From: a virus
Reading direction: 5' to 3' (one strand)
IMG/VR virus record: IMGVR_UViG_3300049740_000832
DNA: 64,000 nt
The position numbers and the translations under genes are program-made. Shown in pieces: positions 18,980 through 27,986 of the stretch (position 1 is the first letter of the stretch; every line of letters starts with the position of its first letter). The notes beneath the pieces are model-generated. The model searched no databases. It worked only from the letters and a program-made list of their open reading frames with translations, and was not told the origin of the DNA.

Positions 18980-19657
18980 CTAACGTTTCTTCTTCTCACG
19001 CTCCTGTTTAATCCACTTCTTTGCAAGTGCATTGTCGGGTTCTTTATCAAGAAACTTCTTTACATCACGATATGCCCGAACAGTTTCTTTTTCGGTATTT
19101 TTTATTTCGGTGTTGTCAACTATAATAAACTTCTTCTTACCAAATATCTGTTGTAACGCACCAATATTCTTTTGAACCGTTGTCCAGTATTTGGTAACCT
19201 CTTTGTCACCCAGAGTTCTATCTCTATCTTTATCTCTATCAATCGCCACTTCGAGAGTGGTGTTTACAAGAATCATCATGGTATCATATCCGAGGTCTTG
19301 TAATGTTTTTGCCTGTTTTTTAATCTTATCAGGGTCTTTGCCAGTTCCATCAATAACCAAACCTAAACGACCTGAGATATACATCGATTGTCTTTTGGCA
19401 GTCAATCTCTTGGAACGGTCACGGATTGTTTGGCCTTCATCAGAGAAGATTTCATCTGATGTCATTTTCTTACCCGCCTTTTTCATTGCGGTTTCAAATG
19501 CATCGTCAGAGTTTACAACTTTCATACCCAATGCAGGGAGACCAGTCTTACCTACGATGAATGACTTTCCAGAGCCAGGCCCACCCGCAAGGAATACTGC
19601 CTTAAAGATTGCGGGGTCATCTACACCCTCATTCATGAATGTCTTAAATTTAATCAT
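18980..19657 (-). CDS. P-loop kinase (zeta-toxin/AAA_33-like)
   Basis: AGGPGSGKS Walker A, VNSDD, VIDGTG, R...R.R lid motif. Confidence 0.8.
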   Translation of the reverse strand: MIKFKTFMNEGVDDPAIFKAVFLAGGPGSGKSFIVGKTGLPALGMKVVNSDDAFETAMKKAGKKMTSDEIFSDEGQTIRDRSKRLTAKRQSMYISGRLGLVIDGTGKDPDKIKKQAKTLQDLGYDTMMILVNTTLEVAIDRDKDRDRTLGDKEVTKYWTTVQKNIGALQQIFGKKKFIIVDNTEIKNTEKETVRAYRDVKKFLDKEPDNALAKKWIKQEREKKKR

Positions 19658-20514
19658 TAGTAAATTTTTACACTATTTCTTATTATCTCAGCAGACTTTG
19701 GTAAACGATGATTAACAAAATCTGTATCACCGAAACCGTCTTTTCTATAACTGTAATTATTTATAAAGTTAGACATTGCAATATTATCTTTTTCATCACC
19801 CGTAAGTCTAGTTGTTTGTGACAGAGTTTCTAAATAATCATCACGTTTGAAAGCCTCAATATCACTCTCCCCTCTATGGTATATGTCCATCAACTCAAAG
19901 TCTGATGTGCAATATGATGCAAAGTCATCTTTGATATCTGATGCAGAGAATGATTCTCCTTCATTGATATCAATACCAATTAGAACTACTGCATCAAACT
20001 TAACTCCTTCAGGCACAGTTATCTCGTATGTCTCATCCCCCATTTCATACATTTTATTTGATGTTAGGACTTTACTGGAATCATACATTTCCAATAAATA
20101 CTTTGCAAAGTTATCACCTTCAGGAAATGCGGTATAAATGTTCGTTGTATCAGAAAGACTAAATGCAGTGTTTACTACACCTATCATATTCCCAGATATG
20201 TTGTCTTCGACAAGTCCATTCTCTTTCTGAACACGAGGATACTTATCATTTGTAAAGTTTGGTATGATAAGAACATTATCATATCCCTGATATGTAACTA
20301 AATTGTATGCAACTATAATATATTGAACTAACTGTCCCCACTTATCATAAGATAATTGACCACCAACTTCCGATGGTTGCCAACCGTGTGTTGGGTCTTG
20401 TGCGTATTCTATAATGTTTGCCGTAAAACGATTTACGGCGAGAGGAAATAATAATTCAAGTTTGAATTCATCATTATTTCTACTTCTGATAATATAGGTA
20501 TCTGTGTTACTCAT
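19657..20514 (-). CDS. hypothetical protein (paralog of 20511-21389)
   Basis: Shared FDAVVL.G...DI...F..YCT..F.L.DIY block. Confidence 0.65.
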   Translation of the reverse strand: MSNTDTYIIRSRNNDEFKLELLFPLAVNRFTANIIEYAQDPTHGWQPSEVGGQLSYDKWGQLVQYIIVAYNLVTYQGYDNVLIIPNFTNDKYPRVQKENGLVEDNISGNMIGVVNTAFSLSDTTNIYTAFPEGDNFAKYLLEMYDSSKVLTSNKMYEMGDETYEITVPEGVKFDAVVLIGIDINEGESFSASDIKDDFASYCTSDFELMDIYHRGESDIEAFKRDDYLETLSQTTRLTGDEKDNIAMSNFINNYSYRKDGFGDTDFVNHRLPKSAEIIRNSVKIY

Positions 20515-21389
20515 GATTTATAAACTCTGAAATAATCATTTACATTCTTTATATTTTTGCCCAGTCTTTCATACATCAATTGATATTTTGTCCGAACAAC
20601 ATCAACATAACGTATGTCAAATTGTTTTGTGTCATATAAAGATTTACTGTCATATACCTTTTTAGGTGTGTTGACAACGTTAATAAACTTATTTACTATT
20701 GTATCTATATTGGCAGATTTACCCGTAATTTTCCTAAAATCGCCCCGATAAATGTCAATCAAATCAAAATTGTCAGTGCAATATGGTTGAAACTTTTTTC
20801 TAATATCTTCTGCTTTATGTTTTCCACGCAACATAGATTCGCAACCTAGAAGAACAACAGCATCAAAAACAACACCTTTACCTGTTTTAGTTCCCTCAAA
20901 TTCTTCTCCATTTTCAAATCGAGTTTTCATAAATTTTCTTGGTTTGAAATCATTATCTAATCTAAAATAATCATCAACCGTTACATAAGGAATATTAAAT
21001 TCATCATAAAGTTTGGTATAATAGTTACTAACATCATCTGCTTGAGTTACATACATCTCAGGTAAAGACTCATTCATTGCATGAACAATGGGTAACATAT
21101 GGTCACCCGCACTTTTTATTGGTCGGTATAATGTGTCTCTCATTCTGTCGGGGTAATTATGTTTACTAAATGAAGTTACAACAAGAATAGTTTGATACGC
21201 AGATAAACACAATAATCCATCAATGACTGTGGCATCACTCATCATGGAAATGATATCGTCTCTGACCAAACCACGGTCATTGAATTTAGACTCTGTTTCT
21301 AAAATTCTGTTAACAAAATTTCTTTTAGTTTCTAAGTTGATAATGTTATTAGTATCATAACTTTTGGGTTGTGACCTGTATAGAATCAT
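20511..21389 (-). CDS. hypothetical protein (paralog of 19657-20514)
   Basis: Shared motif block; coupled stops and starts. Confidence 0.65.
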   Translation of the reverse strand: MILYRSQPKSYDTNNIINLETKRNFVNRILETESKFNDRGLVRDDIISMMSDATVIDGLLCLSAYQTILVVTSFSKHNYPDRMRDTLYRPIKSAGDHMLPIVHAMNESLPEMYVTQADDVSNYYTKLYDEFNIPYVTVDDYFRLDNDFKPRKFMKTRFENGEEFEGTKTGKGVVFDAVVLLGCESMLRGKHKAEDIRKKFQPYCTDNFDLIDIYRGDFRKITGKSANIDTIVNKFINVVNTPKKVYDSKSLYDTKQFDIRYVDVVRTKYQLMYERLGKNIKNVNDYFRVYKS

Positions 21390-21658
21390 TACTTGTCGCC
21401 TTGATAGATTGCCTGAATGTGGTCTTCGAACTGTTCGATTTTCTCTGTTCGATTAGGCCAAAGAATGTATTCTTTCTCTGGGTTCATTTTGAGATTATTT
21501 AACAGAGGTTGAACTGCGTTATAAAGTTTGTCAAGTTTATCTTGGGTCTCTTCTACACTAGAAGATACTGATGCGACCTGTGCGGTGGCAGTCTGGACTG
21601 CTTCCAGTTCGTTCTCATCTACAAGGGTAAACCCAAAATCAAATAAATCGTCTGCCAT
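21389..21658 (-). CDS. conserved T4-like phage hypothetical protein
   Basis: FDFGF...PLL.NL..NPEKEYI.WPNR; GGAG RBS and late promoter. Confidence 0.65.
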   Translation of the reverse strand: MADDLFDFGFTLVDENELEAVQTATAQVASVSSSVEETQDKLDKLYNAVQPLLNNLKMNPEKEYILWPNRTEKIEQFEDHIQAIYQGDK

Positions 21659-21679
21659 GTTGGTCTCCTATATTTCTTC

Positions 21680-21687
21680 TATTTATA
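21680..21687 (-). promoter_or_regulatory. T4-type late promoter
   Basis: TATTTATA on + strand = TATAAATA on - strand, just upstream of ORF 21658. Confidence 0.75.
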
Positions 21688-21700
21688 AGAAAAAAACGTT

Positions 21701-21762
21701 AAAAAAGTGCTTGACATTACATGTTTTGTATGTTACTGTTAATTATAGTTGAGAGAAAGGAA
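21701..21762 (+). promoter_or_regulatory. early promoter cassette copy
   Basis: AAAAAAGTGC-TTGACA...TATAGTTGA..GAAAGGAA. Confidence 0.7.
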
Positions 21763-21765
21763 CTC

Positions 21766-22017
21766 ATGATGATTACAGTTTTTGCAGAAAATGGTGGATT
21801 GACACTTAATGGTGACAATGGATGTCTCGCACAGAACATTAAAACCGCGAAGACTCTCTCATATTACCTTGAGAAGTTCAATATTGCAGACCAAGATGTT
21901 TACTTTTCTTCTAGTATGGATTTTGCTGCTGACGAAGGTTCAGGGTTTGAAACCGATGATGGTGCCAAAATTCTCTGGGAAGAAGGTGTTGTTCGGTATA
22001 ATCGGATATCACGGTAA
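21766..22017 (+). CDS. small early protein
   Basis: Start reassigned to ATG after AAGGA RBS. Confidence 0.6.
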   Translation: MMITVFAENGGLTLNGDNGCLAQNIKTAKTLSYYLEKFNIADQDVYFSSSMDFAADEGSGFETDDGAKILWEEGVVRYNRISR

Positions 22018-22080
22018 AAAAAGTGCTTGACAAATTGTGTTCTTGTTGTTATATTAAGATATAGTTGATTGAAAGGAAAG
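22016..22080 (+). promoter_or_regulatory. early promoter cassette copy
   Basis: AAAAAAAGTGC-TTGACA-17nt-TATATT...TATAGTTGA..GAAAGGAA. Confidence 0.75.
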
Positions 22081-22083
22081 ATT

Positions 22084-22242
22084 ATGGAAGGCGAATTTGA
22101 TTACGGAGAGTGTGATTTCTGTGGTGAAGAGAATGATATCAGTGGTCACTGTGTCGATAGTTTCTGTGAGTATTATGCGGGAACGCCTGAACACGATGCT
22201 TTGATTGAAGAATTTGGAGAGGATGCGGTCACTGGCCGGTAA
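22084..22242 (+). CDS. 52-aa acidic Cys-rich microprotein
   Basis: Manual translation MEGEFDYGECDFCGEENDISGHCVDSFCEYY...; strong RBS; not in ORF track. Confidence 0.65.
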   Translation: MEGEFDYGECDFCGEENDISGHCVDSFCEYYAGTPEHDALIEEFGEDAVTGR

Positions 22243-22249
22243 TGATATA

Positions 22250-22492
22250 ATGTTTAAGATTTCTGATTACTATAAAATGGATATGTCTTGGGATGATGCG
22301 GTTGCGCTCATTACGGGTTGTGGTTGTGGCGACCTTCTTAAAGGTCTGGAAAACATGAACATAATTTGGGAAGATGTCTTGGATGATTATATGACTGAAG
22401 ACGATTTCTATGACCAATACATTTATGAAGTAAACGCTTTCAATATTGTGTATGAAGGTATGAGTAAGTTATTTATTAAGGAAGCCGCTTAA
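22250..22492 (+). CDS. small acidic early protein
   Basis: ORF, start reassigned to ATG 22250. Confidence 0.55.
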   Translation: MFKISDYYKMDMSWDDAVALITGCGCGDLLKGLENMNIIWEDVLDDYMTEDDFYDQYIYEVNAFNIVYEGMSKLFIKEAA

Positions 22493-22686
22493 TGTGTGGT
22501 TGGATTGATGATGCAGTAATGGAGAGTAAAATGCATAACGAAACTATGGCAGAATTTTTGGGTCAGACCAAAGACGGTCTTTGGGAAGTCAAGGTCTATC
22601 CGTTTGGACAAGAAACTTATGTCGAGGGGTTCATACACTTGCGTGACGCAGAACTGTTCCTCTATCAATTTCGGGAGTTGAACTGA
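22492..22686 (+). CDS. small early protein
   Basis: Coupled ORF. Confidence 0.5.
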   Translation: MCGWIDDAVMESKMHNETMAEFLGQTKDGLWEVKVYPFGQETYVEGFIHLRDAELFLYQFRELN

Positions 22687-22853
22687 TGACTTTTGAAGAA
22701 TTTTGTCGCGAGATGTATCGCAAGAATGTTGATGAACGTCTCGCTTGGAAACAGGAAACAATGACATGTGAAGAGTATGTTGATAAAAATAAGAGTTTCT
22801 TGGAAGAAAAATTTAATATTGTTACAGCATCTTTTTTGCTTGACAATTCTTGA
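22686..22853 (+). CDS. small early protein (MTFEEFCREMY...)
   Basis: Manual translation; TGATG coupling. Confidence 0.55.
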   Translation: MTFEEFCREMYRKNVDERLAWKQETMTCEEYVDKNKSFLEEKFNIVTASFLLDNS

Positions 22854-22892
22854 TTGATTTGTTATTATAATAGTATAGTTGAAAAGGAGAGG
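22838..22892 (+). promoter_or_regulatory. early promoter cassette copy
   Basis: GC-TTGACA-17nt-TATTAT-AATAGTATAGTTGAAAAGGAG. Confidence 0.75.
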
Positions 22893-22898
22893 AAACCA

Positions 22899-23129
22899 AT
22901 GCTTAATTATACAGAACTATTTGAAAACACTTTTTTATATAAAACATTTGAACCAAATGCTGATATAGACAATCCGTATGCAGAGAAAGAGGTTCGTATT
23001 GTTGATATCCTTGATGGGCCTGGCGCTGACCGCCGTGACTACTGCACAGTCGAAGGTATACAAGACTGGGAAGTCGATATGCCCCTTGAGAACTTTTTGA
23101 AAAACGCTCGGATTAAAGAGGCTGCATAA
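22899..23129 (+). CDS. small early protein
   Basis: Start at ATG after GAGGA RBS. Confidence 0.6.
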   Translation: MLNYTELFENTFLYKTFEPNADIDNPYAEKEVRIVDILDGPGADRRDYCTVEGIQDWEVDMPLENFLKNARIKEAA

Positions 23130-23377
23130 TGTCACTACTGACGTTTGCTACTGATGAACGTATCGATGTTCTCCGTGAGAAGTTTAACACTCTCACGGAA
23201 GGCATGGATAACTGGAAAGACCCGATTGATACAGTCATTCCTGTAAACGAACTGAATGACATGCGTGATGCATGTGCGTGGTTCACTGGTTCTGTTCTCG
23301 ATGTCGTAGAACAGATTGAGAACGAACCGAAGTTTCGCGTCTATGCAGAGGGTTACTACAATGCAGTCGGAGCGTAA
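23129..23377 (+). CDS. small conserved phage protein
   Basis: NWKDPI...A..WFTG...Y..GYY pattern. Confidence 0.6.
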   Translation: MSLLTFATDERIDVLREKFNTLTEGMDNWKDPIDTVIPVNELNDMRDACAWFTGSVLDVVEQIENEPKFRVYAEGYYNAVGA

Positions 23378-23624
23378 TGTAAATCATGAGTCGATAAGGA
23401 AAAGTAATCAGTATCAGAAGACATATACTTTTGATAATGGATATGGTGCGTCTGTGATTTGTAATCCTAGTTCGTATGGTAACACTGATGGACTTTTCGA
23501 AGTTGCAGTGCTTGACATTAATGGTGAACTGTGTTATGATACACCTATTACTGATGATGTGATTGGTCATTTGACCTTTCAAGAAGTTGTTGATACATTG
23601 AAAGAGATTGAGAGTTTAACATGA
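23361..23624 (+). CDS. conserved phage hypothetical protein (start uncertain)
   Basis: F.NGYGASV...YG...GLFEVAVL...Y.TPIT.DVIG.L motif. Confidence 0.6.
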   Translation: MQSERNVNHESIRKSNQYQKTYTFDNGYGASVICNPSSYGNTDGLFEVAVLDINGELCYDTPITDDVIGHLTFQEVVDTLKEIESLT

Positions 23625-24160
23625 ATATTTTCCATCTGGACAATGACCCTATCAAGGCAGCACAGGCAATGTGCGACAAGCATATCGTCAAGATGATTGT
23701 CGAGTATGCACAACTGATGTCAACCGCACACCGTGTGCTTGATGGCGCCTTGTATATCGACAGGACTGCGAATGGTCGCAAAATCAAACGTTGGGCGCAT
23801 CCTGATTATCATGGTTTTCTCTACAAAGCATCTCATGTCAATCACCCGTCAAACATTTGGGTGCGTGAGTCTGACGAGAACTACTTCTGGTTGTATCGTC
23901 ACTTCCGTGAGTGCTGCAAAGAGTATACCCGTAGGTATGGAAAATATCACTTGACAGATACTCGTTTATCTGATATACTACTCAACATACCTAAGAAAAT
24001 CCCCAAAGCGGGATTGACGAAATTCGCACAAGCAATGCCTGACTATTGCAAACGCGAAGACCCTGTAGATGCATATCGTATCTACTATCTAAATGAGAAA
24101 CGTTCATTTGCTAAATGGACAAATCGTGATGAACCTGATTGGTGGAAGGAGTGTGCATAA
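23621..24160 (+). CDS. pyrimidine-dimer DNA glycosylase-like (DenV/Pyr_excise family)
   Basis: NIF.LD.DP..AA...CDKH.VKM..E.AQ..STAH, H.NHP...W, EYT.RYGK.H, QAMP, AYR.YY. Confidence 0.8.
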   Translation: MNIFHLDNDPIKAAQAMCDKHIVKMIVEYAQLMSTAHRVLDGALYIDRTANGRKIKRWAHPDYHGFLYKASHVNHPSNIWVRESDENYFWLYRHFRECCKEYTRRYGKYHLTDTRLSDILLNIPKKIPKAGLTKFAQAMPDYCKREDPVDAYRIYYLNEKRSFAKWTNRDEPDWWKECA

Positions 24161-24321
24161 TGATTGACCGCCGTAAAAAGAAAGTTGCTGAAGACCTGTT
24201 CGAAGGTGACTATGATAACCGTGACGTTCTGTATTGGAATGACACAAAAGATTATTTCGATGAGATTGGTGTTACCGATACTTATCAAGAAACAGTAGGA
24301 TATGATAATGACTGGAATTGA
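24160..24321 (+). CDS. small hypothetical protein
   Basis: TAATG-coupled ORF. Confidence 0.5.
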   Translation: MIDRRKKKVAEDLFEGDYDNRDVLYWNDTKDYFDEIGVTDTYQETVGYDNDWN

Positions 24322-24577
24322 TTATAGTTATGACAGTGTGGTAGGCACACTGCGGGAAAATATTGTTCGTCTGTCTTTCATCAAAGTGAAAGATGGTCAG
24401 GTTCGCAACATGCGAGCAACTCTGGATAGTAAATTTATCCCCGAAGAAAAAATGCCCAAGACTGATGCAAACGTAAAGACCGAAAAGAACCAGATTGCGG
24501 TTCGGGTCTATGATTTAGATATTGAGGATTGGCGTTCTTTTCGTGTAGATTCTTTGCAAACATTCGACACTATATAG
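24302..24577 (+). CDS. SH3-like WYL_2 (DUF2693-type) protein
   Basis: F.K..G..R.M.ATL...YD.....WRSFR. Confidence 0.7.
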   Translation: MIMTGIDYSYDSVVGTLRENIVRLSFIKVKDGQVRNMRATLDSKFIPEEKMPKTDANVKTEKNQIAVRVYDLDIEDWRSFRVDSLQTFDTI

Positions 24578-24580
24578 TGT

Positions 24581-25036
24581 ATGGCAAAAAGAAAACTCAC
24601 TGCGGAACAAAAGAAGGCGGCGAGCGAGCGTCTTGCGAAAGCAAGAGCTGTTCGTGGTCATGATGGTCGGATGGGTGTTCACGAAAGTATTCGTGATTAT
24701 TCCGAAGACCATTATATTCATTGGAAGAAAGTAAAACAATGGATTAAATCCTGTGAGTTGGAACTTAAAGGTCTACGTCATCTCAAGAAATCTACAGCGT
24801 GGAGAGAGAGGGCGGAATACAAAGACCTTGAGGTCTATATCTACAACATGAAGAAATATCTTACTACTGGTGTCTGGATGGATTTTCGTTATGGTGAAGA
24901 CCGTGAGGGTGTAATCAAATATCGTTGTCTTGCAAAGGCATATGATAAAGAAGGTGAAGTGAAACGCACAGTCGGTGTCTGGTATGATGATGTCGGTATG
25001 TGGACACAGGAGTTAGAAGAAGAATTTGAAAGTTGA
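24581..25036 (+). CDS. conserved T4-like phage hypothetical protein
   Basis: ERLAKAR..., Y...M..YL..G.W.D..YG. Confidence 0.6.
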   Translation: MAKRKLTAEQKKAASERLAKARAVRGHDGRMGVHESIRDYSEDHYIHWKKVKQWIKSCELELKGLRHLKKSTAWRERAEYKDLEVYIYNMKKYLTTGVWMDFRYGEDREGVIKYRCLAKAYDKEGEVKRTVGVWYDDVGMWTQELEEEFES

Positions 25037-25295
25037 TTTAATTATCGGTGGAACGGATTCCAGTGAAGAGGAATCCAACTTCATGAGTAAAAAGAAATTT
25101 ACTCGTATGGTTGAGGACACCGTGAAAAAGAAGTCCTTGACATATATGGATGCGGTTGTCCACCTATGTGACGACAATCAATTAGAGATTGAAGATGTTA
25201 AGAAATATATCGCGACATCTATCAAAGAGAAAATTGAGATGGAAGCAATGAATCTTAATTATCTCGATAAACGGGAAACCTTACCCAATGATTAA
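25026..25295 (+). CDS. gp33: late transcription coactivator gp33
   Basis: F...VE..V......YMDA....C....E.E....I...IKEKIE.EA..LN.L. Confidence 0.85.
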   Translation: MKVDLIIGGTDSSEEESNFMSKKKFTRMVEDTVKKKSLTYMDAVVHLCDDNQLEIEDVKKYIATSIKEKIEMEAMNLNYLDKRETLPND

Positions 25296-25296
25296 T

Positions 25297-25339
25297 TATA
25301 AATAAAGGTATTGACAAACTTATTATATTATGATACAAT
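25297..25339 (+). promoter_or_regulatory. tandem late (TATAAATA 25297) and sigma70 (TTGACA 25311, TACAAT 25334) promoters for gp32
   Basis: Both consensus motifs visible; 17-nt spacer; A/T-rich leader. Confidence 0.75.
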
Positions 25340-25375
25340 TAATACACACAATACGCAAATATACGGAGAATACAT

Positions 25376-26302
25376 ATGTCTTTTGCAAATCTAAAATCTA
25401 ATCGAACAGACGTTTCCAAACTCGCACAAGCAGCAGCGGAAATCTCTGGTCAAAAACAAACCACCAACAAATATGAAGATACACGTTTCTGGAAACCTAC
25501 TGTTGATGAAGCAGGGAATGGTTTTGCACAGGTTCGTTTCCTTCCTGCCGCTGAAGGTCAAGAACTTCCGTGGGTTCGTTACTTCGACCACTTCTTCAAA
25601 GGCCCGACTGGTCAATGGTATGTTGAGAAGTCCTTGACTACTCTGGGTAACAATGACCCTGTGAGTGAACACAACTCGCGCCTTTGGAACTCTGGTATTG
25701 ATGAGGACAAAGAGATTGCTCGTAAACAGAAACGCCGTTTGCATTATGTCGCAAACATTCTGGTTGTGAGTGACCCGTCCAATCCGACCAATGAGGGTAA
25801 AGTATTCCTCTATGACTTCGGTAAGAAAATCTTTGACAAGATTATGGATGTGATGCAACCACAGTTCCCAGGCGAAGAACCAGTCAACCCGTTTGACTTC
25901 TGGACTGGCGCAGACTTCCAGTTGAAGATTCGTAACGTTGCGGGTTATCGTAACTACGACAAGTCGGAGTTCAAATCACCTTCTGCATTGTTTGAATCAG
26001 ATGAGACCAAACTTGAAGCGACCTACAACCAACTACATGATGTCAGTGAGTTCGCTGACCCCAAGACTTACAAGTCTTATGAAGAGTTGAAGAGTCGTTT
26101 GGAAGTTGTTCTGGGTCAGTCAACCGGCGCTGGTTCGACTGTAAAGAATGAGTCTCTCGCACAAACCGCAGAGGCAGTATCACCAAAAGTAGTAGAACCG
26201 CAAGTGATTGCGTCTGCGCCTGAACCTGTAGTCACGGAGACTGTAGACGGTGATGAGGATGATACACTATCATACTTCGCGAAACTTGCTGCAGAAGACT
26301 AG
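25376..26302 (+). CDS. gp32: single-stranded DNA-binding protein gp32
   Basis: D.RFWKP..D..GNG...RFLP, GKKIFDKI, F.LK...V.GY.NYD.S.F, acidic C-tail. Confidence 0.95.
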   Translation: MSFANLKSNRTDVSKLAQAAAEISGQKQTTNKYEDTRFWKPTVDEAGNGFAQVRFLPAAEGQELPWVRYFDHFFKGPTGQWYVEKSLTTLGNNDPVSEHNSRLWNSGIDEDKEIARKQKRRLHYVANILVVSDPSNPTNEGKVFLYDFGKKIFDKIMDVMQPQFPGEEPVNPFDFWTGADFQLKIRNVAGYRNYDKSEFKSPSALFESDETKLEATYNQLHDVSEFADPKTYKSYEELKSRLEVVLGQSTGAGSTVKNESLAQTAEAVSPKVVEPQVIASAPEPVVTETVDGDEDDTLSYFAKLAAED

Positions 26303-26327
26303 GATTCATTCTCCTATGGATGATGGG

Positions 26328-26357
26328 AAGGGGAGACTTCGGTCTCCCTTTTTTATT
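26328..26357 (+). terminator. intrinsic terminator with C(UUCG)G tetraloop between convergent genes
   Basis: GGGAGAC-TTCG-GTCTCCC followed by T-run. Confidence 0.9.
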
Positions 26358-27984
26358 AGAAAGATGCCGCTTCTCTGTCTAGGTCATCAGTTGCGGGAGT
26401 CGGGTCAGTAAAGACTGCGGTATTACTACTCATATTAGTAGTTGTCGGTGCGTTTACAGTGTTTACTGCCATTGCAGCCTTTTTAGCATCATTTGCCTCT
26501 TTATTCGCCCGCATTCTTTCAATGTTCGCTTGTCTTATTCTTGCCTGTTCTTGTGTCGCGACAACCCTCTCAACATTTTGTGGCGCAGCGATTGGAGGTT
26601 CAGGTTCTTCTTCGCCTGTCTCCCCTTGTTCAGTAGGTAATGTTGTTTCAGCACTACCTTCACCCGTTTTCAATACTTTACTAAATGTTTTCTGGAATGC
26701 TTCGATTGGACTATCGCCGCCTGGCAGAACAGCGCCCAATGCTGCAGCACCACCCGCCAAAACTGCTGGCCCAAATAATAGAAGTCGTTTCACATAAACC
26801 ATCATTGACTTAAACATCTGTGACAGACCAGCACTAAACCCATCCTCAAATCCACTGAATAGATTTTTAAGAACATCATTAAATACACGGGCAACACCCA
26901 TGAATGTATCTTTAATCATATCAGCAAAACTGAAACCAGATAATGCCGCTTGGACATTCTCAAATCCAAGTTTACCCGCAATAAATCCAATCGCAGATTT
27001 TACTAGGTCAAGAGGCATACCAATCAGTCCAGATAGAACACCGCCGATTGCACCAAGAATACCACCTAAAACCCCTTCTTGTTGATACCCTGAAATTGCA
27101 CCCTTGATACCATCGATAATACTCATTATTAAAGTAAGAGGTGCAAAGATTACTCGACCCAGTGTCTTGAATACTGTAAATATCGGAGACAATGCGCCAC
27201 GCAATGCACTAAAAGTTTTTCCAATAGTCTGGAAAACTTGAGTGGTAGAATTGACACCACTCTTAATAGTATTACCAATCCCTTTCAGTGCAGAACCAAC
27301 TTCTTTGAAACTATCAGCGAATACACTTGTAATTGGTTTGAAGAGATTACCAAATTTAAGTATTGACTTGACAAAGTTTGATGTAGTGGTTACTGGTTTA
27401 CCATCAATACCTAGTCCAAATAATCGAAACATACCACCTTGAATAGTCTTGAAAAACCCCGTGGCACTAACAAACGGACTTCTTACCGCTCTCAAGAATC
27501 TTGCGAACTTCGATGCAGATGGGTCTAACTTTCCATTTGGTAACAGACCTATGAGTCTAAACACACCACCTCTAATTTGTCGTGTAAGGTTTGTTATCGC
27601 CTTACCAATTCTATTACCAGTCAAATTATCAAAGGTTCTACCAAGTGCAGCAAGGTATTTACCTAGACCTACCGCGATACCTGTTGCAAGACCAGAGATT
27701 GCTGCAGTAACAATACCCAGAAAACCTAGAAGACCAAACCCCAATGCATCTTTCGCACCGGCGGCCGCATCACTAAAGTTCTCTTTAGTGGGTTTGGGGC
27801 CAGATACCTTCTCTCGTGCTTCTTCGAGTTTGTCGAGTTTACTAGATTTTTGTGCCTGAAAAAATTGTCCAAAAGATTTATTCAGAGTGGCGAGTTGCTC
27901 AATCTGTTTTTTATCTCTCTTTTCACTTTCTGCGCCTTCTTCCTGAACCGCTTCGGTGAGGTGTGCTATGGTTACTTCTGCCAT
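26356..27984 (-). CDS. tape measure / baseplate hub protein (gp29-like)
   Basis: 542 aa amphipathic Gly/Ala/Phe-rich helices; position downstream of gp26/gp51; N.VNAPTT C-terminus. Confidence 0.7.
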   Translation of the reverse strand: MAEVTIAHLTEAVQEEGAESEKRDKKQIEQLATLNKSFGQFFQAQKSSKLDKLEEAREKVSGPKPTKENFSDAAAGAKDALGFGLLGFLGIVTAAISGLATGIAVGLGKYLAALGRTFDNLTGNRIGKAITNLTRQIRGGVFRLIGLLPNGKLDPSASKFARFLRAVRSPFVSATGFFKTIQGGMFRLFGLGIDGKPVTTTSNFVKSILKFGNLFKPITSVFADSFKEVGSALKGIGNTIKSGVNSTTQVFQTIGKTFSALRGALSPIFTVFKTLGRVIFAPLTLIMSIIDGIKGAISGYQQEGVLGGILGAIGGVLSGLIGMPLDLVKSAIGFIAGKLGFENVQAALSGFSFADMIKDTFMGVARVFNDVLKNLFSGFEDGFSAGLSQMFKSMMVYVKRLLLFGPAVLAGGAAALGAVLPGGDSPIEAFQKTFSKVLKTGEGSAETTLPTEQGETGEEEPEPPIAAPQNVERVVATQEQARIRQANIERMRANKEANDAKKAAMAVNTVNAPTTTNMSSNTAVFTDPTPATDDLDREAASF

Positions 27985-27986
27985 TT

